Shown: positions 28,176 to 38,645 of the stretch, piece after piece
How the letters are laid out: each line of letters begins with the position of its first letter
Position numbering within the stretch: position 1 is the stretch's first letter
Assembly (NCBI GenBank): GCA_951406725.2
Contig: OX597817.1
Coordinates: 78,678,001 to 78,742,000 of the forward strand
Direction: 5' to 3'
From: Octopus vulgaris
Taxonomy: Eukaryota
DNA length: 64,000 bases
Translations under genes and position numbers: made by a program
Notes under the pieces: generated by a model
Told to the model about the DNA's origin: nothing
Database searches by the model: none
Seen by the model: only the letters and a program-made list of their open reading frames with translations

Positions 28176-29628
28176 TCTTTACTCTTTTACTTGTTTCAGT
28201 CATGTGACTGTGGCCATGCTGGAGCATCACCTTTAGTCAAGCAAATCAACCCCAGGACTTATTCATTGTGAGCCTAGTACTTACTCTATCGGTCTCTTTT
28301 GCCGAACCACTAAGTTACAGGGACCTAAACACACCACCATCAGTTGTCAAGCGATGTTGGGGGAACAAACACAGACACACAAACAAACACACACACATAC
28401 ACACACACACATATATATATATACTAGCATTAAAGACCCGTCGTTGCCAAGTCATAGTGCTAGTGCATGTATATATGTGTATATATATGTGTATATATTA
28501 CATGTACATCTATATATATACATCTACACATAAAATACAAAATGCAAAGTTATATCTTGATATCGCTAGTGATAACAATACTTAAAATATATAACAGACT
28601 GGAATTGTTAGCCCGTCTCTTGTAATTTCGATCAATTGTATCTTGTCCTCCCTATTGTATAGAAGTGTGGTTACAATCCAGCCTACCTCTACTTCTGGGG
28701 GGGGGGGGCATTTTAAACTTTTTTCCGGGACATCCTACATCCCAGATATAAAGGTAAAAATAAAATATTTCCACTTTGCAAGTTCGAGTCGAGTACTCCC
28801 TTTCACACTCCGTTGACTCGAACCTTGCTTCTATTGTGGCAAATTTACAGCCTCTGATTAGATATCTTTCCTAGTCCCGCCAAGACACTTTTCAAAGGTG
28901 CTTTTCTCCATGTGTTCAAATCTTTTTTCTCTTCATTGTATACTTTATAGACAATAGTCTTTTCTTTAATTTAATTTTTTATTATCCATCTGGACTATTC
29001 CATTTCTGCACGCTAATTTTATTTTTAATTTATTCCCATTCATGTGAAACCACTTATTCAATTTCAAGTCATTGATGCAATTTTGCACCAATTGCTATTT
29101 TTACTTTTTTTACGTTACGATTATATTATACTTTAGTTTGATTTTAATTATTACTTACTACATATAATTCAATTGTTATTATTATTTTTATTGTTAAAGT
29201 GAAAGTATCTGACATAAAATAGAGAAATGTTTTTGTTTCACTTTTAACACGTAATACTGAAATAATGGAGAAGATATGATATTGCTATGGGCTCGCTCTA
29301 GGAAAGAAGTTGAACATTTTTGGTGCCCATGAAACTACATGGACCCTAAGTAAGGCATGTGTCAAATTTGAATGAAATTGGTTGTGTAGTTCTCAAGTTT
29401 TAGGGAAACACACAGACAGACAGACACACATTCTCAGTTTTATATATATAAAGATATATATATACGATAGGCTTCTTTCAGTTTCTGTCTACCAAATCCA
29501 CTCACAAGGCTTTGGTCAGCCTGAGGGTATAGTAGAAGACACTTGCCCAAGGTGCCACGCAGTGGGAATGAACCTGGAAACATGTGGTTCGTAAACAAGC
29601 TACTTACAACACAGCCTCTCCTATGCCT
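28175..29628 (-). mobile_element. SINE family B split by a ~1 kb insertion
   Basis: Tail half at 28175-28420 and head half at 29462-29628 are colinear with the 31177 copy. Confidence 0.72.
28423..29455 (+). mobile_element. Non-autonomous Helitron/Helentron (DINE-1/Lep1-like) insertion
   Basis: Starts ACTAG...GACCCG; ends aaatttgaatgaaattgg...(ACAG)n...ttttatatatataaagat; sits in the TA tract of a SINE with no TSD. Confidence 0.55.
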
Positions 29629-30109
29629 ATATATATATATGTGTGTGTATTTATATATATATATATATATGTATATATGCACCTACGTACATTTATATAT
29701 ATATGTCCATACATACACACACACACACAAATTCATATGTGCATACATGCATAAATACATACATAATTGTACAGACACATAGATATGTAAATACATACAT
29801 ATGGGAGTCATATCAGAATGAATCAGATGTCCTCTCATCTATGATACTATATTGCAATTCATAGAAAAGTATTCATATTAAAAGTTCAATTTGCTGTTCT
29901 TTCAGCTGTACTTCAAGTGCAAATGGCTATTTTTTCATATCTCTTTCTGGAGATGACTTACCTGTGTAAGGTCAAATGGCTACTATCAGTTTAGTTCTTT
30001 AAGTATAGAGTACTTGACATGCAGAAGGTAGCACAGTTGCTCTAATATCACAATGAATTTATGTACACGCATACATACAAACACACCCACACACACATAT
30101 ATACATACA

Positions 30110-30144
<35 letters not shown>

Positions 30145-30800
30145 GCATACATATATACATACATTCATATACATATATACATATATATGTGTGTGTATAT
30201 ATGTGTGTGTGTGTGTGTAAGTATATAGGTAGACAGATAGATAGATAGATATACATATATGCATATATACGTTTATATACACAGATATTCAAATGCACAC
30301 ACACACATGTAGACGCATGCATACAATCATGTATATATGTATGTGCGTGTATATGAGTGTGTGTATGCGTCTATGTAATATGTGTATATGTCTATGTAAT
30401 ATGTGTATATATGTATATATGTATATCCTAACATCTCTGCACACTTGCATAGATACAACAAACGTCCATCAAGTCATTTATTTACTAATACATGATTATA
30501 TATATATATATATGTAATTACACATGCTTATACACACAAGCATGCATTTACACATGCACACGCACATGCACACATACACACACATGCATACATATGTGTA
30601 CAGATTGTTTGTATATTTACTTAATCTTTTCCATGCCATAATGGGTTAGATGACATGTTATTTGACTTTGAATTTTATGCTCATTCGTTTTGCCCACAGT
30701 CACCTCTTACTTCTCAACCTAAGGGAGATTCTTTTTTATTTCAGAGGTGTTAAAGCATGTGAAGTGACAGCTGGGAGGTTCTGTGGCACATACATATGTG

Positions 30801-31143
30801 CAGGTGCATGGCTCAGTGGTAAGAGCATCAGGTTCACAATCATGAGGTAGTGAGTTCAATCTCTGGACCAGGTTGTGTATTCATGAGCAAGACACTTTAT
30901 TTCATATTGTTCTGGTTCACTCAGCTGTAGAAATGAGTTATGATGCCACTGGTGCCAAGCTGTATCAGCCTTTGTCTTTACCTTGGATAACATTGGAGAG
31001 GGGAGGATGGTAGGCATTGGTTACTGCTGGTAGGTATGGGCAACTGCTAGCCTTCCATAAACAACCTTGTCTGGACTTGAGCATTAGAGGGGAGCTTTCT
31101 AGGTGCAATCCCATGGCCATTCATGACTGAAGTGGGTCTTTTA
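30801..31143 (+). mobile_element. SINE family D, long tail
   Basis: ggtgcatggctcagtggt...gagcaagacactttatttc...gtgcaatcccatggccattcatgactgaag. Confidence 0.72.
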
Positions 31144-31176
31144 CCTGATATATACATACATATACATACATACATA

Positions 31177-31347
31177 GGTGCAGGAGTGGCTGTGTGGTAA
31201 GTAGCTTGCTAACCAACCACATGGTTGCGGGTTCAGTCCCACTGCGTGGCATCTTGGGCAAGTGTCTTCTGCTATAGCCCTGGGCCGACCAATGCCTTGT
31301 GAGTGGATTTGGTAGACGGAAACTGAAAGAAGCCTGCCGTATATATG

Positions 31348-31393
<46 letters not shown>

Positions 31394-31583
31394 TGTGTCT
31401 GTGTTTGTCTCCCTAGCATTGCTTGACAACCGTCACTTAGCGGTTCGGCAAAAGAGACCGATAGAATAAGTACTGGGCTTACAAAGAATAAGTCCCGGGT
31501 TCGATTTGCTCGACTAAAGGTGGTGCTCCAGCATGGCCACAGTCAAATGACTGAAACAAGTAAAAGAGTAAAAGAGTAAGAGT
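31177..31583 (+). mobile_element. tRNA-derived SINE, family B (CORE-like; internal (TA)/(TG) microsatellite; LINE-derived tail)
   Basis: TGGCTGTGTGG A box, GGTTCAGTCCC B box, CTTGGGCAAGT core, tail GGTGCTCCAGCATGGCC...(AAAAGAGT)n. Confidence 0.82.
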
Positions 31584-32138
31584 ATACATACATACATACA
31601 TATATATATATTATCTCTCAATGTGTTAAGATACCTGAAAGTCATAGACATGTAAGATAACTCACCCCAAATCCCAATCAGGTGTGATGGTCATTGATGC
31701 TTGGAAAATGGACATTGAATAATAATGCTGAAGCTGCTGCTGCTGATGATGATGGTGGTGGTGGTGGTGATGACGATGATAACGAGAAGGAAGAGGGGGT
31801 TTATAAGGCCCTCACATATGTGCATGCTTAATAGGTTTCTCTCAACTTCCACCAAACAAATCAATTCACAAATTTTTGAGCAGTCAAGCAAATAATTAGA
31901 AGAAACCTGCTCAAGGTGACATACAATGATATTGAACCTGAAACCGTGTGACTGGTAAGTGAATGTCTTAACCACTTAGCCATGCCTATCTCATTATTAA
32001 GTTATTCTTATCATATTTTAACCTTGAATACTATTGTTAACCTTAAACATTTTTTCTAACCCTCAGCACTTTCAAAACCATGAACATCCTTGCTAAACTT
32101 TGTTCTATGAACCTTCTTCTTAATATTGAACTCTCTAA

Positions 32139-32350
32139 CGGTGGTGAGCTAATGGAATTGTTAGCATGCTGAGCAAAATGCTCAGTGGCATTTTGTTCAT
32201 CTTCACATTCTGAGTTCAAATTCTGCCGAGACCAACTTTGCTTTTCATACCTTTGGGATTAATGAAATAAGTACCAGTTGAACACTAGAGTCAGTGTAAT
32301 CAACTTACCTCTCCACTGAAATTGCTGGCCTTGTGCCAAAATTTGAAATG
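32139..32350 (+). mobile_element. SINE family A, diverged
   Basis: ggtggtgagctaatggaattgttagc...ctgagttcaaattctgccgag...aagtaccagttg. Confidence 0.7.
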
Positions 32351-32432
32351 AATATCAAACGCTTCTATGCATGTCTTCCAGCATGTACAATTTTTATTTC
32401 AAGAAATACAACTCTTCATGCTTTCCTCAAAC

Positions 32433-32501
<69 letters not shown>

Positions 32502-32544
32502 TAATAATAATAGGGATAACAGCAACAACAACACTACCCCCACT

Positions 32545-32576
<32 letters not shown>

Positions 32577-33692
32577 CAACAATAATAACAACAACAATGT
32601 TGTAAGTTTATTTCTTCCTTGTTCTTGTCATGAAATCTTCTTCGATGATTTATCCATAACTAAAAATAAATTAGTTGAAAAACTACTTTTTAAAAGAAAT
32701 ATTTGCAGAACAGTATGAAAATAACAACAACTACAACTACAAAAATAACGACAGCAATAACGATGAAAATAAACACTAAAAAATCAACAACAACTACAGC
32801 AAAATAACATTGATTGTTTTCAAATTCTTCAGTTGATTAAGCAAATATTTTATTTATTTTATTTTTAAAATAAAATTTTTTGTTACATTACTTTTTCTCT
32901 CCTATTTTAATTATATTTATTTTTAATTGTTTATAATATATTTTATAATTTTGCTTTGCAAGATTTAAAAAAAATATTCTTTAAAATTTTTACAGAAATC
33001 TGTTTGTTTTTCTTTATTCTCTAAATGACTCATTATTCCAAAGTTTGTTTTGAAGGCAACTTTGGTTTGCAAAAAAAAAAAAATCCTTTCTTTGCATTTT
33101 CGTTCTTTCTCCCTTTATTTTTCATTTCTTGTCTTTTTTTTAAAAATATCTATGTTTATTATTCTACTGTTCATTTTGTTGTCATAATTATTATTTTCAT
33201 TAATCACAGATTGTCCCATAGCAAATTGATTGAAATAAAATTCCTATTTATACAAAGATATTTACTTACATTAAAAAAATTTTTCAGTCAAGATAAAGTT
33301 GCTAAATTCTCTTCACTTTAAAAAAAATTTTTGCTATTTATTTTATTATACATTTTGTTTCATTTATACGAAATTAATTTCATTACAAAATAAGAGAACA
33401 CTTCCTACTTTCATTAAGCCTATAAATTTTTACTCTGTTTAAATGTTAAAGTTCTATTACTTTTCAAATAATTTAACTGTAGATCTTTTCTTCCCGTTTT
33501 TATAAAACCTATCTTGTTTTAGTTCTTTTCTTTTTACTTGTTTAATAATAATTTGGGTACATTAAGACATGTAGTGATTTGTCAAATATCTCTTTGCCTA
33601 TGACATTGTCTTCATCAGTTTAATGTATACTTTTCTGTGCTTGCATGGGTCAGGTGGAATTCATTGAGGCACCTTTTTCCCAGTTAGATATT

Positions 33693-33965
33693 GGCGAGCT
33701 GGCAGAAATGTTAGCATGCTGGGTGAAATGCTTAGCGGTATTTCGTCTGCTGCTACGTTCTGAGTTCAAATTCCGCCAAGGTTGACTTTGTCTTTCATCC
33801 TTCTGGGGTCGATAAATTAAGTACCAGTTATGCACTGGGGTCGATGTAATCGACTTAATCTATTTGTCTGTCCCTGTTTGTCCCCTCTGTGTTCAATCCC
33901 TTGTGGGTAGCAAAGAAATAGGTATTTTGTCTACCATTACGTTCTGAGTTCAAATTCCGCCGAGA
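33693..33965 (+). mobile_element. SINE family A with partial tandem re-start
   Basis: Reverse complement of 15915-16152; the B-box segment is repeated at ~33920-33965. Confidence 0.8.
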
Positions 33966-34404
33966 TAGACTTAGTGGAAGGGGTAGACCCAAGAAGATGT
34001 GCAAGGAAGTGGTGAGAAAGGATCTTTGGATGCTTGGCCTCACTGAGGAGCAAACAAAGGAGCAGAAGTTGTGGCAATTTACTGCTGTACTTGAGAAGAG
34101 ACATCAAGCTAAGTAAAATCATTGTCCCCTATACATACAAGCTTGTCGGTTACCGGTGCCACACAAAATGCTTTGGTATCAATGCTACACTAATGCACCC
34201 ATGCCAGTATAGAAAACAGATGTTAAATGTTGATGATGTGGATGATGATGATTACAAATATATATACACATATATGTGTGTGTGTGCGTGTGTGTATACA
34301 CACACTCATATATACAAATATATACATATACATATATATATGTATATATATACACACATATATATTATTTACATTATTTACATTTAATGAATATTTCTCC
34401 TCAT

Positions 34405-34943
34405 TTGACTTCTGATCTTAACTGATTGGAAGTGTTATCATGTACATTGTTTTGTCTTGGTATAAAAGATGGGCTACAGCAAATATTCTGCTCAGTACCA
34501 CAGATTTGCTTGTCAGTTCTTTGACCGTAACCAGTTGAACATGTCCCTTAGTAGCTGACGATATGTGCATCTCTGATCATGAGCAGAAGTAATGGGGGAG
34601 CATCATAGCCATGTGTTGAGAGGTATTCTTTGGGGTTTAAATAATTCTCCTCTGGAAACATGGGTGTTTCGTTCAACATCCTTAAACAACCTTTATTCAA
34701 GGACTTTTTGAGCAGGATGGGTTACTCGACCTGAAGAAAATTCTACCTGGGTTCCACCTGCAAGGTTATGTGCTGTTTATCTTGATATGAGATCACCATG
34801 TCGCGCACATATGGTTGTGATGCATGTGCCTAGTGTACCCTTATCATATGGGTAGTCATGATGGGTATACTGGGCTTAATATATTTTACCCCAGTGTCAC
34901 TTTGATGGCATGCACTGCACTCTCACTCAATAATAATAATAAT
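34405..34943 (+). mobile_element. Dispersed repeat family E ending in (AAT)n (retroposon 3' end, class uncertain)
   Basis: Close inverted copy at 44085-44615; internally deleted copy at 14485-14697. Confidence 0.75.
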
Positions 34944-35479
34944 GATTGTAATAATAATATATATATAAATATATCCCCTTGATTTATTGTTTTCTTTACA
35001 AGACTTTCTGTTTTCATCCAAAATGGAGATGAACACCATTCTTCCATGTGACTGGCCTGAAAATTTCTTAGGGTATTAAGATATTATTTCTAACATGAAA
35101 CCAATGAGAGCCTTAATGCACAAATAAAGAGATTCTATTCACCAATGTGATGTTGAGCATTCATTCACATCATTCGACATCTATATATGTATGTATCTAT
35201 ACAGATTCATCTTCTCTTGCTTCTTTCTTAGCTAGATTTTTAAAGACTTATGGGAGGAAATGTCCACATCTTTTGATGGATTGTTGATGCCTGATGAACC
35301 CAGTTCAGGACAAACAGGCCAGACTGCAACAACTGCATGGGAAGGAAGGCTGGTAATATTTGGTTATAGTGTTCTTGTTATTCCTCCTTTTTCTCTTGTC
35401 TGCAAGGATGCCCCTGTGGGTATTTTTAAAGGATGTTGTTGGCTGCAGAACAGTGAGATGCCAAGTTTTACATTTAGCA

Positions 35480-36105
35480 GCAAGAACAGACCACTGATGG
35501 TGGTCAACGTGGCACCACTGAAGGATTTCTTTAGGGCATATTTGTACCTATTCTTTGGTGCTCTTGTTTCATGGTGATCAGAGGAGACTTACCATACAGC
35601 ATTGTCTTGTGAAGTCAATATTCCTCCACCCAGGTGATATGTGCTGCTTAACATAATTGTATCTTCAATAGAGCTTTTTCAATACTAGTAACTTTCACCG
35701 GCTCTAGGACCATGATGTTAGTAACAAAATTACTTCAGTGGTTGCCAGGGATGATGCAAAATCAACACTGATGGTAAAAATATTGTAGTAAGTTACCTTC
35801 TTCAGTCATACTGAATTATAAGGGTCAGTTTCCCAGTATATATTCCCCACCTGGATGGGACACCGTTTCAATGCAGGATTACTCATTTTTGCCAGCTGAG
35901 TGGACAGGAGCAATGTGAAATGAAGTATTTTGCTCAAGAACACAATGAATCACTTAGTCCAGGAATTGAAACCACAATCTTATGATCATGAGTCCAACAC
36001 CCTAACCACTAGGCCACATGCCTCCACTCAGCACCGATGGTATCACTCCAGAAGTTCTAGGTAATGCTGATGGATGACCCATGACCCAGAGCTGTACAAG
36101 ACACC
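35480..36105 (-). pseudogene. Degraded RTE LINE ORF fragment interrupted by a SINE
   Basis: Minus-strand translation VLYSSGSWVIHQHYLELLE / YHQC...FVTNIMVLE.VKVTSIEKALLKIQLC*AAHI resembles the post-RT region of RTE elements; multiple stops. Confidence 0.65.
35777..36027 (-). mobile_element. SINE family D nested in an RTE fragment
   Basis: Matches 6450-6597; flanked by a 13/15-identical direct repeat (35762-35776, 36028-36042). Confidence 0.72.
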
Positions 36106-36197
36106 TATACATTTAAGTTCTATTTATTTATTTGTACAACCAACCAAACTCATGTGTGTGTGTATATATATTTATATATATATATATACATACATAA

Positions 36198-36249
<52 letters not shown>

Positions 36250-36743
36250 ATATATATATATATACATATATATGTTGGTCTAATATATATATATATATGA
36301 GTGTATAGGCTCGTAGATGGCTGTACGGTTAAAGAGTTAACCAAGATGATAGTAAAATCCTCCTTCAGCCAAAGTCCAGTAGTTTTTTAAACTAGGCACC
36401 ATATGTGTATATGTGCGTGTCTTGAATCTTAAGACAGCATACCACTACAATATGAGCAAAGATGGCTTAGACTAAAATACTGATCAAATATGCTTCTTTG
36501 AACAGCTGGTTGCTTGCTTGTGAATGTAAAAGTGTATATGTGATGTACACACAAACATATACAACATATATATACATACATGTATAGATAGATATTTATA
36601 TGTGTGTATTTGTGTGTGTATAAATATGCTTAAATATATGTGTGGGCTGGTTGTTTGCTTGTGAATAGAAAAGTGAATATATGATGTACATTCAAATATA
36701 TACAGTACATATACATTCTCTCAGACATACATACAGAATTCTA

Positions 36744-36789
<46 letters not shown>

Positions 36790-37479
36790 AAAAGTAAATA
36801 AATAAAGTCAATAAAATAGGAACTAAACAAGAACTCCATGCTACATAAAGTAAACAACATGCGCACTTCATTGAACCATAACAGTAAACAAGGACTGGAG
36901 ACTACACCCTCACCCTCACCTTACCATAGGAAAAACAAGAGTCGAGCGAGCAACCAAACCATACCTCATACTGACCAGGATAATAAATAAAAACGAAACT
37001 ATCAACTACTACTACTACTAATAATAATAATAATAATGATGATGACGATGATGATAATAATGATGATAATAATAATAATAATAATAATACAGAGGCCAAC
37101 AATGACTAATGGCAACTCACCAAACCTAATGAAAATAAATAAAATAAAATGAAATAAAATAAAATATAAAACAAAACAGTGGCAACAGTTTTAACAACAA
37201 TCCACTGGCTCTTGAGCCAATGTTAATGATAACATAAACAGTAATAATAACAACAACAACAACAATAATAAAAACAACAAACAACCTGTCATACCTCGTC
37301 AGACTATAACAGTAAACAACAAGCAAAGCACGAACAACAAACTATAGACAGCCGCAAACCCTATTAAATCAAACCCCATCACCACCACCACCACCACCAC
37401 CACCACCACCATGTCCACCATCTCCACCATCATCGCTGCCATCGATGCCACCATTACTGCAGCAACCAGCATTACATTC

Positions 37480-37764
37480 TTTTTATTGTTTTATTGTTTT
37501 ACTTGTTTCAGTTATTTGACTGCGGCCATGCTGGAGCACTGCCCTGAAGGATTTCTTTTAGTCAAACAAATTGACTCAGAGACATATTCTTTTAAATGCC
37601 TAGCACTTATTCTGTCAGTCCCTTTTACCAAACCTCTAAGTTACTTGGAGGGAAATACGTCAACACCCGTTGTCAAGCGGTGATGGCAGTGACAAACACA
37701 GACACAAAGATACACACACACACACAGATACATGCATACATACATACATACATACATACATACA

Positions 37765-37795
<31 letters not shown>

Positions 37796-38015
37796 CTATA
37801 TTCCTTTATTCTTTTACTCGTTTCAGTCATTTGACAGCGACTATGTTGGAGCACCACCTTTAGTCAAACAAATCGACCCCAGGACTTATTCCTTGCAAGC
37901 TTAGTATGTATTCTATCCTCGTTCTATTATTTGCTGAATCTCTAAGTTATGGGGACGTAAATACACCGACAGCAGTTGTCCAGCAATAGTAGGGGGAAAA
38001 ACACAGACATACAAA
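37480..38015 (-). mobile_element. Two adjacent 3' halves of SINE family B
   Basis: tttcagt(c/t)atttgac..cg.c.atg.tggagcac occurs at ~37506 and ~37821. Confidence 0.7.
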
Positions 38016-38334
38016 CATGCTTACATATATATATATATATATATGTAATATATGTACATATGTACACACATATATATATATACATATATATATACATATA
38101 TATACATATACATACATACATGCATATATATATATGCATATATATATATAAATTATATATATATATACATGCATACATGTATATATATAAAATATATATA
38201 TACATGTATATATATATATATATACATACATGCATATATATTTACATATTGTTATCATGATCATCATTACAATCACCACCATCACCATCACCATGGTCGT
38301 CATCACCATCCTCCTCCTCCTCCTCATCATCATC

Positions 38335-38609
38335 TGTGGTTGATGAAAGGAGCACAACGGAAACAAGGAAATAGGAAACAGAGGTGCGATAAGGTCTTAC
38401 CTGACGGGGGATGAAGTCAGATGGCCTTCAGCCAACTTGCTCGCGTGTTGTCGTCTCGGGGCCTTGCTGGGGTCTGCCGTAGCCGGTCGATGCCGCACGT
38501 GCGTTGAGTCTCTCACTTCCGCTTCCGCCGGCGCATGCGCCCTGCAAGACCTGTAAGCATCACTTCCGCTCCCGCCCGTCCCGTCACACTCCTTCATCAC
38601 CACACCACA
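38335..38609 (-). repeat. 3' LTR (275 bp)
   Basis: Copy of 42322-42596, preceded on the minus strand by a purine tract. Confidence 0.95.
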
Positions 38610-38618
38610 CGCCCCCCT
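38610..38618 (-). promoter_or_regulatory. Short polypurine tract (AGGGGGGCG)
   Basis: G-run immediately upstream of the 3' LTR TG on the minus strand. Confidence 0.8.
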
Positions 38619-38645
38619 GATCTATAAATCACTGAACCAGCTTCC

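Noticed and set aside
29955-30045. Minus-strand candidate exon with a strong CAG|GTAAGT donor
   Set aside because: Stops in all three frames; it cannot be supported without transcript data.
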